DNA of 64,000 nt. Origin: the human T2T-CHM13v2.0 reference genome, Homo sapiens. The notes under the pieces are model-generated. The model was not told where the DNA came from. It searched no databases and was given only the letters and a program-made list of their open reading frames with translations. The DNA lies in assembly GCF_009914755.1 (NCBI RefSeq), contig NC_060925.1. One strand, written 5' to 3'. The number at the start of each line of letters is the position of its first letter. The stretch's first letter is position 1. The position numbers and the translations under genes were made by a program. Shown here piece by piece: positions 23,945 to 40,597 of this stretch.

Positions 23945-24904
23945 CTAAGTCCAGTGCAAGGAAATGCCCAGCACCCTGTGTTGGGGCCTTGTGCAGGAGG
24001 CAGCCAGCACAGCATTGTGGGTGCTGCTTTGCCTCCCAGGCTTGGAGGGGGCAGGGACTGGGCTGGCTCTGGGCTTGGGGCACAACTCCCTGGATTCTAT
24101 GATCAACACTCCCAGCCCTGGGGCCAGGACCAGGGCAAACATGGCCACAGCTGAGCTCACTGCTGCCTCTCACTATCTCTGGGCCTGACACGAGCCAGAG
24201 CCAGGCCCCCGGGTTTTTAGTTCATTTCCTGATGCCATCTCTTCGTTGAAGAAGAAGAGGGAGACAGCTGAGGAAATGCTGCCAGTGTGGGGCCTTGTGG
24301 CACCGTTTGCAGTCTCCTTGGCCTGCAGCCTGCCTGGAGACTCACACGAGGGCTCTCAGCCTCGGGGAAAATGAGATGCCCTGTCACACACACAGCTATG
24401 GAGAGAGTGTCCTCTCTCTCCTCCCTTCTGGAGCTCCCAGGAAGCCAAGGCACAAGCTGAGTCTCACTTCGGGGTGCAGGATAATGGAAGCCAAGGACCC
24501 AGCACAGACCAGCTGGCGGCCCCATCCAGGAAGTGCCAACCCCACGGGTCACTCTTGGGGACCCTTGGTGGCCCAGCCATTGCAGCCATGCAGAGATGCA
24601 TTAACTCCCCATAAGGACTCAGGATTGTCATCAAGAAGTACAGGTGGGATTCTGAAGGCAGACCTCAAGCTGGAAGAGGCTAGCTGCATCCCACAGGTAG
24701 GCGTGGACATCAAGCAAGCACCTGCCTGCCTGTCTAGCATGGCGCTAGACATGAAGGAAGCAAAAGAATGGAGCACAGACCCTGATGAGGAGCCTGCGTG
24801 CTATGCACACTCATTCTCAAATCTCAGCATGCAAAGAGCTCTATGGATGACCTTTTAAAGGGCAGAGGCCTAGGCCCTGTCCCCTGAGATTCAGATTTGT
24901 TCTC

Positions 24905-25236
24905 ATTTATTTATGTATATTTTAGAGACAGGGTCTTGTTCTGTCACTCAGGCTGGAGTGCAGTGGTGTGATCTCAGCTCACTGTAACCTCGACCTCCTG
25001 GGTTCGAGCCATCCTTTTCCTCAGCCTCCCGGGTTCGAGCCATCCTTTTCCTCAGCCTCCCGAGTAGCTGGGACGACAGGCATGCACAGCCATGCCTGGC
25101 TAATTTTTTAGTGTTTTGTAGAGATGGGGTTTCGCTATGTTTCCCAGGCTAGTCTTGAACTCCTGACCTCAAATGATTCTCCCTGTTCGGCTTCCCAAAC
25201 TGCTAGGATTACAGGTATAAGCCATCACACCCAGTC
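24905..25236 (-). mobile_element. AluJ with internal 31-bp tandem duplication
   Basis: Antisense Alu. Duplicated unit at 24994-25024 and 25025-25055. Confidence 0.93.
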
Positions 25237-25544
25237 AGATTCATTTTTAACAACCATCCCAGGTGCTTATGTGGTAGATGGTTGGTGGATCAACCTTTGG
25301 GAATTGCTGGTCTAGAGGGAGTACTGAGCAGAAATCCCCACCCCAGCTCCAGGCCTGAGGTCATGGAAAGGGAAGCTTGGGGAGACTTCTGGGCACCAAT
25401 CCCCGAGCCAAGTGATTCTTACAGCTGACGGAGAAAGAGGAGAGTAGTTGAGACTGCGCAGGACATTCTAGGCAAAGCACTGGAGGGGCAGGGGAGCACA
25501 GGTGAAGACACCTGAAGGCCATGTGTGTATGGCCTGAGAACCCA

Positions 25545-25688
25545 CACAGGCCCTGTGCTTGGGGTTTAACGCATTGTGGCTGCCATTTTGAAATTCTTGG
25601 TAATTTTAGCTTTGAATCTGTGTTTTGAACAAGAGGCACTGCAATTTCACTGTGCACTGGGCCCTGCCACTTATGGTCCCAGCCCCAC
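25545..25688 (+). mobile_element. MER45-family hAT-Tip100 MITE
   Basis: gcttggggtttaacgc...gccattttgaaattctt...tttgaacaagaggcactgcaatttcactgtgcactgggccctgc. Confidence 0.7.
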
Positions 25689-25699
25689 TGGGGTACAGG

Positions 25700-26110
25700 G
25701 AGCTATGGGAAGTTCAGGCGTTGCTGAGGTTGGAGGTGGGCAGTAGGAGTGGTAGAGGGGCTAGAGAGATATGGGAAGGCTACATCCCTGAGGTCTCCAA
25801 ATGTCATGTCCAGGAGCTCAGGTTTTATCCAAGTAAGGAAAGGATTCAAGCAGGAATGAAGTAGTTAGGTCTGCATTCCACGAGGTCTACTCTAGGAAAA
25901 GGGCAAAGGTCGCCCTGCATGCAGATACAGGGGGCCAAGCTAGGCTGTCATGAGGACCAGGCTAGGAGACCAGTAGGCAACTGGAGAAGGGAATGGTCTA
26001 GAGAAAACTGAGCGATGATTTGGAATCGGAGATGGGGTTGAAGGAGAGGGGGAAGGCCAGGGTGACTCCCAGATTTCTGGCCTGAACAGCTGAGTTCCCT
26101 GTGGTACCAC
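25700..26110 (-). mobile_element. L2 fragment
   Basis: ggccagggtgactcccagatttctggcctgaacagctg and neighbouring degenerate L2 phrases. Confidence 0.55.
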
Positions 26111-26246
26111 CAGCTGAAATACTTTGTTAGTTTTATTGCTTTTCATTAAAAAAAAAAAATCTGTGGTGGTGTTTATTCTAAGAACACATTATCATTGCTC
26201 ACATCTGTCAGTAAGAGTCTTTTTCGAATATAAAAGTAACTTCTGA

Positions 26247-26511
26247 GGCCAGGCACAGTAGCTCACAGCTGTACTCCCAGCACTTTGGGAGGCCGAGGGA
26301 GGCTGATGGCTTGAGGTCTAGAGTTCAAGACCAGCCTGGTCAACATGGTGAAACCTCGTCTCTGCTAAAAATACAAAAAAAATTAGCCAGGCGTGGTGGC
26401 GTGCACCTGTAATCCCACTTGAATCCAGAAGGAAGAGGCTGCGGTGAGCCAAGATCGCACCACTGTATTCCAGTTTGGGCGACAGAGTGAGACTCCGTCT
26501 CAAAAAAAAAA
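26247..26511 (+). mobile_element. AluS with ~30-bp right-arm deletion and an extra 3' segment
   Basis: gtaatccca joins directly to cttgaatcc. The TSD-like taaaagtaact at 26231 recurs only at 26540. Confidence 0.93.
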
Positions 26512-27553
26512 GAAAATAGTATAAAGATTCCTCAAAAACTAAAAGTAACTCTTGTCCTTTAATAAAAGAAAAAAGATGGGGGCAAACATTATCTGGTCCC
26601 AAATTTATTTGCCCATTGTATGTCCAGGATAAGATCCAGTTTGTTGGCGAGAGGGTGGGGTATGCATTGAAGGGGGTCATAGAGAGGCATCTGTAGAGTA
26701 GTTACCACACAGGGAGTTTCAGCACTAGACCTATCACTTTGTTTACTCTTTATCCCTATCCTGAATATCAGTGTTTTTTTTTTCTTTTGCTAGAAACCCA
26801 GAATTGACCTTGGAATTCTCATTCATGTTAGTAAACACATTCTGGTTGTTTGACCAGACACAAAAATCAGTTCTTTCGATGTGACCTTGAGACACCCTTG
26901 CTCCAAAAACAGCCACCGTAGGTCTCAGCCCAAATGGGCAAGCATCCAGTGGATCCCAGGCTTAGGGGAAAGCAGGAGCCTAGAGTTAATGCATTTACCG
27001 AAACCCCTTTGATCTAGAATCCATCTGACAATCCCACGAGGCCAGACAGGCCTGGAAGGTTTTCAGGCCTTCCTCCGGTTCGGCTGGCTGTGCTTGAGCG
27101 CTGTGTTCCCTCAGGCATCTTGGGGCTTGAGCTTTGAACAACTCGGTATTGCAAATTAAAATGACCCTAAGTAGGAATGAAAGATTTTAAAAAGAAATTC
27201 GGTTTTGTTCAAAATAGGCAGTGTGCAACTGAGAAACAGGGGCTTTCTTTGAGCCAGTTAAACTGAGTGCAAGATAAACTAAATTCAGCTAAGATAAAAG
27301 CCCGAATAAAGTGGCTTTCACAGAAGACATTCAGAAAATATTGCTCTTTATAAATAATAATTATTCAACAGACATTTTACTAGCACTTTTCTGTTGTATA
27401 AAAGTTATACATGCAGAGTGTAGACACTTTGAAAACACAAAGTATAAGATGCAAACATGAAATCACCTATGAACCATGACATGCAGGTAGCATTGTCAAC
27501 ATTTTGAGCTGTTTCCTCTCAGCTTTGTTTCAATGCCTACATTTACAAAGTTG

Positions 27554-27847
<294 letters not shown>

Positions 27848-27959
27848 TACAAAGTTTTGTCTAAGTAGTTCCAAAGCATTTTAAAGGTAGAGATAATGGA
27901 TTAAACTATAATGCTCATTTGAAAAGGAGATTTGCTTAACAGCATATTTTAAGATCTTT

Positions 27960-28490
27960 TTTTCTAATTAGAGAAATAAAGAAAACTTGTAAAACACAGA
28001 AAAGCATAAAAGAAGACAGCAAAAGTCACTTGGATTTCAACCAAAGAGCATTATGATGAATGTTTCAGTGTGTGCCTTCCAGTGTTTTTTTTCTATGTAT
28101 GTATGTACATTTCTTATTTATTAAAAATACCAGTGTATCCTTTTGGCTGTTTGCTGTTTACAAAACACACATTTGCCCTAAAAATAAATATTCTTCTACA
28201 ACATGATTTTTACTGACTACATAAATGATATTCCTTTATATAATGATGTATAATAATTTACCTAACCAATCTTCTATTGTAGGATTTGTAGGTTGTTGTA
28301 ATTGTTCATATTATAAACAATGTCATGATTAACATACTTATGAATAATACCTGATTAGTTTCTTATAACAAATTTCTAAAGTAAAATTGTATTAAAGGAG
28401 ATATATACACATACATGCATATATAATTTTTTGATAGATAAAACTAAATTGCCTCCAGAAAATTTATACTAATTTATACTTTCATTAGTT
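27960..28490 (-). mobile_element. Old L1ME 3' region
   Basis: aatttacctaaccaatcttctattg...attataaacaatgtcatgattaacat...aaattgcctccagaaa...tatactaatttatact are typical antisense L1ME phrases. Confidence 0.6.
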
Positions 28491-28817
28491 CAAGTTTTTG
28501 AAAACATGATTTAGAGGCAAATACAATTATCTCTGTTTTATCATTTGGGACAATTAAGGCAGAAACCAGTATCGTGGTGAGGGTTACACAGCAAGTCAAT
28601 AGGAAAGATTACTTTGATAGAGATAAGAGATATCTTCTTACATGTACTTTACATATATTCTCATTTACAACAAACCTAAAAAGGAGTTATTTTTTAATCC
28701 CCATTTCCAGATAAGGAAAGGGGGCTCGAAAATCTCGAAGCCCTGACATTTCTATTCATTCATTATCCAGGCTGTCTCTATGACCACAGACAGCCTGACA
28801 ATCCAGCTGCAATGTAG

Positions 28818-28861
28818 TCATAGAATCCTAGTGTGTAACTCATAGAATCCTAGTGTGTAAC
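28818..28861. repeat. Perfect 22-bp tandem duplication (tcatagaatcctagtgtgtaac)x2
   Basis: 28818-28839 is identical to 28840-28861. Confidence 0.97.
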
Positions 28862-30899
28862 CCAGTACTACCAACACCAGATAAATCAATCCTTGCAGAA
28901 ACAAATATTTAATTTTTAAATAAGCCAACAATCTGAACATTCACTGTTTTGATAAATGCAACCTAAAAGATCTCGTCCCCTGGATTTATTTTTCAGGTAA
29001 AAATAGCTCCATGGTTATGCCTTCTTAGGGGCTTGGGGGGAGGGAAGGGATGGGGTTGAAGAAGAGAAAAACAACTTCCTTGGAGGATTAGGCAAGGTGT
29101 AAGAGCATGTCTTCCAGGTCTAGATTGGCAGACCTCACGCTTTGACTCAGAAGTAGAGAATCTGCTTTGGTTTCCTGACTGGGTTGCCTTGTTTTTCAGC
29201 CACAGGGCAAGAAACATGCCACAGCAATGAAATAAAGGTGACATGTCATAATGAGGGAAAGGGAGTTATTCCACAGGCTGAGTCACCGCTCTCCTGCAGG
29301 TACAGAATGATACAGCCTACAGAAATTCAGAGCAGACTGTCAGACTGTGGGATTGAGTAACAAAGAGAAACAGGTCTACAGATGACCTAGCATACGCTTA
29401 TTATTTTGAAATTTCTGAATTGTAAAAAATGAGAATGGTGAAGTCTTAGGTAGATCTAAGTTCATTCTTGCAACAAAAATCAGTTCCAAGTTTGCCTGGA
29501 AGTGAGGCATCTAATTCATAAAATAGTGGCTATAGTGACAGTTATTTATTTGAGGGAAACTTATCTATAACTTCCAACTAACATACATCTTGGTGGAGTC
29601 TGAGTTCTACATTTTTCTGCTTTCTTCCTCATCAATTGTCATGGTTGACATTTGTTCTTTGAAAAGACTGAGTGCCAACCATGAGCTGGACAGCCCACTA
29701 GGCAAGTGCAATGACAAAAGAAACAAGCGTTAATCCTGTCTAGCCAGAGCACTAAGGAACCTGCTTATTCTGCGAATGCCTCAGCAAGGTCCTAAAGGAG
29801 AGCTTCCACTGCCTCCTAGGTGGGTGCCCCTGCTGGCAAGTTAATCATTCTAGGCCTCAGTTTCCTATTCTATAAAATGGGTGATAATAGTAACTATAAA
29901 GTAAGAAATAAAGAAGAGGTCACTGGACACTTGGCCTCTGGCAAGGATCTAGAAATGTCAGCAGCATAATCCTGCTTAACTCACCTCCACTACTGTTTTA
30001 CCTGCTGCTCTCCAATGCTCACCTGCTCTAATTCACACTGTAGTAGGAAGTACTTTAGGTCAGGCATCAGGGGGCATTGCTTTAGTTCAGACTCCAGCAT
30101 TTACTATGTACCTGTTGTATGATCTTAATACTAACAGCAATATAGTGATAGAAGCAGCTAATAGCCAACCGTTATAATCATTACTTTGTGCTTGGCATTT
30201 TATATAAATTTAATCCTCATGGTAATTTACTGACATAGGGAACATTGGTCTCTCTTTTTATAGGTGAAATAAGTGAGGCTTAAAGAGATCTTGTAATTTG
30301 GTCCCACAGCTTAAGTGTGAGGCTGGAATTCACCCAGGAAAGCTGTTTCCAGGTTCTGTGGTCCTAACAATTACTCTGCCTTAATTTTCCCCTGCTGATA
30401 TTTCTGCCCATAAGCCTCTTATTATTTGATTAATGGTAGTAAAGAATATTTTTAAAAACTATTGCTCTTCAGCATCCTTTTTGAGGGAGAACTTTCCTTC
30501 CCCTATTCCACGGGTTTGTTTTGGGGCTGTGGCTTACAGGAACCCTCTCCAGAATCATCCGATGTCCCAATCATACGTGGAGAATGGCCAGAATCCTTCC
30601 CTTTGTACTGATGTACACACAACACGAGAAGGAATTTTTCTACTGGAGTTGCTTAGCTGGAGAGGCCAGGAGCCATATTTCTGTTGTGTGGGCAAAGCCT
30701 TTCTGCAGTAGAGGAGAATGAGCTCTATAAATAAAGAGAAACATAAAATCATAAAATACAGATAGAGATGAGATATGGTCACTTAGAATTCCTAGTTCTA
30801 GTCCAGAGGCCCTGGTTCTATTAGTTACTGCTTCAATTCTGACCAACCCAGTATTTCCAACTATATAAGCCATTAGAGTCTTGTGCTTGCATAAGTGAG

Positions 30900-31266
<367 letters not shown>

Positions 31267-31422
31267 TAATTGCAATCAAAGAAGCCTAATCAATAGAACA
31301 GAGAAGGGGCCTGGGAGTTAGCTATAGACAACAGGTGTACAAATGTGAAGTTACCTATTAGTGAATTAAAGGAGTATTAACGGAGACAATACTTTGAAAA
31401 ATCAAGTTAATAAGAAATCATG

Positions 31423-31806
31423 TACCATGGTTTGAATATGTCCCCCAAAGTTTATGTGTTGGAAACTGAGTCCCCAGAGCAATAGTGTTGAGAGATTAGA
31501 CCTTAAGGAGGTGATCAGGTTGTGAGGGCTTTGCCTTCATGAATGAATTAATGCTGTTATTGCTGGAGTGGGTTCACTTTGGAGGGACCGGGTTCCTGAT
31601 AAAAGGATGAGTTCAGATTCCTTTCCTTCTTTCTCTCTCTCTCATGCACACGCTCTGCCTTTTTGCCTTCAACCAGGGGATGACACAGCAAGAAGGACCC
31701 CACCAGATGCAGCCCTTCAGTCTTGGACTTCCCAACCCCCAGAACCATGAGTCAAATCACCTAGTCTCAGTTATTCTGTTATAGCAGCACAAAATGAACT
31801 TAGACA
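31423..31806 (+). mobile_element. MSTD-like MaLR solo LTR
   Basis: atggtttgaatatgtcccccaaagtttatgtgttggaaac...ggttcctgataaaaggatgag...ttatagcagcacaaaatgaacttagaca. TSD tcatg/tcata. Confidence 0.85.
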
Positions 31807-31847
31807 TCATATTAGACCCAGACGACACTTTAAAAAAAATTTGGTAT

Positions 31848-32220
<373 letters not shown>

Positions 32221-33204
32221 TTAGGCAACTAGCTAGGAATAAGCCTGGGATCTAGCTGAATTCAGGTAGCCTCAAATCTTTTCCAATGCTTTTTTCACCA
32301 CCAACTCCATCTACCCAGATAGGGAAGTAGATGGTCAGATAATACAGAGATAAATGAATGTATAGAAAAATGAATAGATAAATGGACAGATAAATGGATA
32401 GATGAATGAGAGGTTGATTGACTGGTAGATAGAGACAGGTTTAATAAAGCAGGAGATTTAATTGTACAATAAAAGCCATCAGCAAATTGAGATTATGCTA
32501 GGAAACAGAATAGTTGAGAAAACCCTGAACTAAAAGAAAAATCTAGGTTCTTATTCTGACTCTATGCTAATTCGCTGCGTTACCTTGGACAAGTCCCTGA
32601 GCCTCAATTAGACATATAAACGGGGATCATATATGAGAGTAACTTTGTTAACTATGATAATTTCATGAATATGAGATGATCACATCTATTTATGAAACTA
32701 TACTGCATTTGTGTACTCATATTTAGAGGGCAAGTTCCATGAGGGCAGAAATTACACTTATCCATTGTTATTTACCAGTACCAGATGCTCAATAGGCATT
32801 TTTAAGGCAAATGAACAAATTGATAGCATGGTTATTACTTAACTGCTCCTCTTCACCACTATGACCCAGCTTGGCTCATGGACTCATGCAATCAATATGG
32901 AAGCTGAGTTAAAATAAAAACGACACATGCCAAGAGGGTCAGAGGAGTAAGAAAATGACATCATTACCCCCTTGGCCTGAAGGGTTTCATCCTAATCAAC
33001 TCTGAGGACTGACCTAGTCTTCTTAACCTCCTATAATCTCTAACCCAATTCTGTTTGTTTTTTTCTTTCTCCCAACACATTCATATTTCCTATCATTTAG
33101 GAAATGTCCTTTATGTTAAAAATACATATACATATGGAGGAAAAGATATTAGATCCCTACTTCATACTCCCTAGACATCAATACTAATTAGATTTCAGAC
33201 TTAA

Positions 33205-33551
<347 letters not shown>

Positions 33552-34239
33552 AACAGACAATTTTTTTTAACTAGACCAGAAAAAAAAGTATGACTCATAA
33601 AAGAAAGATTGATAAATTAAAATCCATTAAAGGTTAACATTTATGCTCATAAGATGACTCCACTCTCCAATTCCAATTTAATTAGGAAGTTAAACCTGTG
33701 TGTGAGTGTGTGTCACACTTGGGTATCACCACCCCACAGGTGAGATGTCTGCCATAACCCAAATGGCAATAATTCAGGATGACAGACACCTGGCAGGAGC
33801 TTCATGTTCCCAAGAGGGCTTTATCTAGATAATCTGGGGACTGGGGGATGGAGTGTGGGTGAACCTGTGGACCTCTTTTGCTACCTATGGAAATAGAATT
33901 TAATTCACATAACCAAACAGGTGTGTCATGAATACCTTGACAGAATGGATGATATCTTATATTTCCCTCGATCTTAAAGGCCTCAAACTGGGTCTGGCAT
34001 GAAACAGGCCTTTTATCCATGAAGGGACAAAACATAGTATAATCCTCACTCAGACAGGAAAGCTACTATGGAGAACGTCTTCACCCCAGTTTTCCCATAG
34101 CCTTCTTGTTCATTACTGTGGCTTTCCACTCCAGCCTCTGTTGGTTACGAGCCTCACATCCAGAAAAGCAAAAGCAATCGGCAGAACAATCCTAATAATA
34201 ACAACATTGGTCTTGTGTCTTACAGTTTGCAAATGATTT

Positions 34240-34980
34240 CCAAATATAATTTCTCATCGGAATCTCACAACCACCAAATACGACCAGGCATTATTCATCT
34301 GATTTTACAGATGAGGAAATCAAGGGTCAGAGAAGTGATGTGACTTGCCCAAGGCCCACAGATGGTAGGTGGCAAAGCCAGGACTTGGAATCCAAGATAA
34401 AGAAAACTCAGTGGGAAGGAGAAGTTTGTGATTAAATCCAATTAAAGGAATAGAGTAAAATAAAGAACACAGTAAATTTCTCACCAGGAATGTGTTCCGT
34501 TTTCCTCTTGGCTTTTGAAAATGAGGCTGCTTCTGCTATATTATCTGGTGGAAAACACATCATCAAAGTCAATGGGACATCAGCCCTTCTCTTGGGTATT
34601 TGTTGAGGCTCCTCTGCACGAACACACACCTTTTGCTTCTGTGTTTGCCCCAATTTTCCTACCTTTCCGACCTCTTGGATTAGGACTCTGGCTTCCAGTA
34701 TTTGCCTAAGGCCCTTCTCCGAGTTAGGCAACCTATTTCATTATAATTTTGAACAATAGAGATAATGATACTAGCAGCCACCCTCAATGGGGCCCTACTT
34801 ATTATGGGCTAGCAGTAAGCACTTTGCATGCATTATCTCATTTAGTCTCACAACAATTCTATGAGGTAAGAACTATTTTTGTCCATGTTTCACAAAGGAA
34901 GAAACTGAGGGACAAAGAGATGAAGTAATTTGCCCAAGGTCACATTGCTAGTAAGTGGCAGACCGAAGACCAAGCTGCCT
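34240..34980 (-). mobile_element. Two MIR remnants (~34240-34400 and ~34760-34980)
   Basis: ttttacagatgaggaaatcaagggtcagagaagtgatgtgacttgcccaagg and gaaactgagggacaaagagatgaagtaatttgcccaaggtcac. Confidence 0.75.
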
Positions 34981-35197
34981 GGCTGCAGGCCCTCACCCCT
35001 GCCACCACCCTCAGCTACCTTTCCCTAGGCTGTCCAGCTCAGATTCCCTGGCCTTGTCACCCCACGACCCCCAACTGCTGGCTTTGCACAGTCCTTCAGC
35101 TTTCAGAAGTGCAGCGCTCTAGGTAATAACATTCCCTCTGCTGGCCTCTTTCCCAAGATTCTCAAAAGAGACAAAGCCCATCCCCAGAAAGTAGATG

Positions 35198-35641
35198 ACG
35201 TACTTGGATGCCACAGTGCCCTCAGATCTCTCCAAAGAACTGGGGCCCTCATTCTCTCCGCTGCAAAGGAGAGTTGGCTGCTGAGTGTTCACAGCTGAGA
35301 CCCTCTCTAGGACTTGCCCTTGGCTAATGGGAGCCACCTGGCTGGGGTTATTCCCCCTTCCTGGGAGGACCCCACCTTCGGTAATTGGTCAATGCAGGAT
35401 ACAAAGGCCCTGCCTTCTAGCCCTAATTGGGGCCAACTGGGAAGGGCCATGCTCAATCCAGAGCTCCCCAGGGATTGGGCGAGGCCTCTGTTGCACCTGT
35501 TTCATGGTTCAACCTCTCTTTTTCCCCAATTCTGCATCCTTCACCCCTGGCAGATGTTGACCCCAAAGCACTCTCCAGTAAACATCTTGGCTTGCACACT
35601 GCAGCCTCAGACTCCGATTTCCAGGGATTCAGCAAAACACA
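35198..35641 (+). mobile_element. LTR16C-like ERVL solo LTR
   Basis: gagttggctgctgag...ggtcaatgcaggatacaaaggccc...gaagggccat...tccagagctcccc...gaggcctctgttgc...cactctccagtaaac. Confidence 0.75.
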
Positions 35642-36099
35642 GAAGTGTGTCCAGTATCTCTGAGCATGGCCTCCTCCTCCTGACTGGCAGAGTGAGGCCT
35701 CATGTAGGATGTGGTATTAAACCTTTCCCAGGATTTGGTTTTCCTGCCCACCTGGTTTTTGACACTGCCATATGTGTATTCTTTTTTTTTTCCTTTTCAG
35801 TCCACTAGAATGTTCTGGAGTTCATTACCATGTTATGGGATTCACCTATACCTTCAGCCAACAACAGGGCTGTATTTCTAGTCCAAGCCTTCACTTGACC
35901 ATCCTACTACCCCAGCAATGCCTATGAGTGACCTAACCTGGGACCCAAGACCTGCTGACCACGTTATTTACATGGGCCAGGCATAATGGGCAAAAGACAT
36001 GCTTGAAATGTACGCATGCGAAACACACAAGTAGACACAGGCAGGAATAGGAGCATCATTCGGTCTTGACAGGGTATATCTCTACAAGTAAACCCAGGA

Positions 36100-36670
36100 G
36101 GCCTTGGCTCACTGTCCTGTTTTTTTCCTCTCAGCTCAGACCCTCATTTCTTCCATGCAAAGATGCTGTAATAACTTCTGACAGGCCTCTTTATCTCCTA
36201 CCTCTTTGACTTTAATCTGTCATACACATTGCTGCCAGATTTATCTTCCTAAATGAAGCTCTTATCATATCCTCTCCCTGCTTAAAAACTGCATGCTCCC
36301 CACTGCCTACCAAATGAAATGCACATGTCTCAGCCTCGCCTCCCAAGCCCTATCCAATGTGGCTGAGATCAAAGTGGGCTGCTTCTTGGCCCTCTGTGTT
36401 TTCTGGCCTCTGGGACCATGCTCATTCACTTCTCTTCAAACACTTTTGCCAGGAAATGTTGCTTGATCCGTACAAATAGCTGTAAACAGTGTTTGGACTG
36501 TATTTGTTTAATAACTTCACCTTAGTCTCCCTTAAATGACAATTATCTGTGAGCTTGGTTTGCCTTCCCTCCTAGATTATGAGCAGCTGGGTAGAAGTCA
36601 CACCCCTGACCCCAGCACCGCAACAGCATCAAATACGTAGTGGGCTCTCCAGAAAGACTTGTGGAAGTGA
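36100..36670 (+). mobile_element. L2 3' fragment
   Basis: ctctccctgcttaaaaac...ctccccactgcctac...ctcctagattatgagc. Confidence 0.6.
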
Positions 36671-36997
36671 TTTATCATCTCCCAGTTAGACCACAGATTT
36701 ATTCTCTTTCCCTTCTCCCTGCCTTCCCACCAATCTTTATATTCCTGAAATAAATATATATTGATGTTATAGAAAGTAGTTATTTAATCATAATATATAT
36801 AAAGCAACAGACAGTATATTGAGACCCAACCCTAAAACGTGCTTTGGAGAGGGAGAATTTATAACCTAAGGTAGACTGCAAATGAAGTCACTGCCTTAAC
36901 CCATTAAGAAGGAAAATTATGATTTTGAAATAATGACATTTAAACAATGGACTAAATCCAGGGTAGAGAGAGGACTTTTAAAAATACAGTGTAAGCT

Positions 36998-37317
<320 letters not shown>

Positions 37318-38699
37318 CTGGTGTAGTCTATCTAGAAATCAAAGATCAGCAATATAAAAAACTTCTAGAGAAAAAGGTGGTGAGTTTACTGGAAGAATTC
37401 AGGGTTAGTGCATTACCTGATACTCTTTCATAGACTACTGGACAAATGGCCACTACTGGCTGGTGGGCTCACCTCTGCGGATTCTGACATCTCTGCCAGG
37501 CAGCTCAGGTTGCCGCCCTGCCTCTGCCCCAGGGCCCAGAGTCCCAGACCTGCAGACAATGATATCATTATACCACCGCCTAGGCTGCAGAAACAACTGC
37601 CTCCTATTCAACCACACTTTCCCCTTATTTTCTTGGAGTCTTGTCCCTGACAAACGGCTGGAGGCTTCTGGTAGGAAGCAAAACTCAGCAGCTTCAGAGA
37701 TCATGAAAAAAGCATCGTGATTCAAAGAGATTCTTAATGAACGCAGCGGGGACTCTGAGTTGCATTTCAACCTATTTCTCCTCCTCTGGGCTTTTGCCCC
37801 TCTGTTCTGTATCATGAGACTTCTCTCCAGATATGCAGCCCTGTTTTAGGATGGGCTGTCAAATTTGGAATTGGCCCTGGTGATGAGAAAGGAGGGATCC
37901 CTCTCCTTCTATTTTCTGTAACAAATGGATGTCAAAACTGACATAGGCTCAATGTTTAAAAGTCAAGTCATTTAAGATGGGTAAAGTACTGAGAAACACT
38001 CAGAATAGATTCAAAGTCAACAAGAGAAAAAAATCTGGATAATGATATTTGTAAGAAGGATTTGTGAACTGCAGAAAAAATAATCCCAATAAATATTTGT
38101 CCATAGTAACACTTGTTTATTTTCTGTAGTGTTGCCTTCAGGGCAAGGGAGGCCATGAGCCAGTTCTCACACTTTAAATAGCCCCTAGACATCACACAGG
38201 CATACACACATACACTTACTAAAGTGCACACAGACACCCCATCACTTGAGCCCCAGCGTTCAGTGCAGCCACAGCAAGCTGCAATCTCAACATCCACTCT
38301 TTTGGGCAATGCTGCTCAGGCCCCAGGGACGTTTCCTCACACTGCCTGTCCTTGCATCTTGCCTTTGCAATAAAAGGCAACTGTATCCAAGTACTGAGGT
38401 GTCTGTGCAACCTGCTGTTGACTTCAGAAATGCACACCACTTCAGAGTGTGGAGAGGATGTGAGCATCAGAAGTGCTGATAAGAGAAGACAAACTCACTA
38501 CCTTGTGAGATTCTTCCTATCATACAGCAAGGATGTGACAGATTCTTGCATAATAAAGAACTATTTCCCAACAGAGCCAAGAGTTCATTTTCTCACTTCT
38601 CTTCCCATTCCAATTCAGGATTCCAGAGGTACTAAAATATTGCACACAGTAGATGCAACAGTTCACACACACTGTGGCTAACATTTTGTAATAGTACAT

Positions 38700-40597
<1,898 letters not shown>

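Noticed and set aside
24295-24858. Longest non-repeat ORF (187 aa)
   Set aside because: Non-ATG start, no recognisable domain, and no convincing splice or promoter context. The length is plausible by chance in GC-rich DNA; PhyloCSF or Ribo-seq could revisit it.
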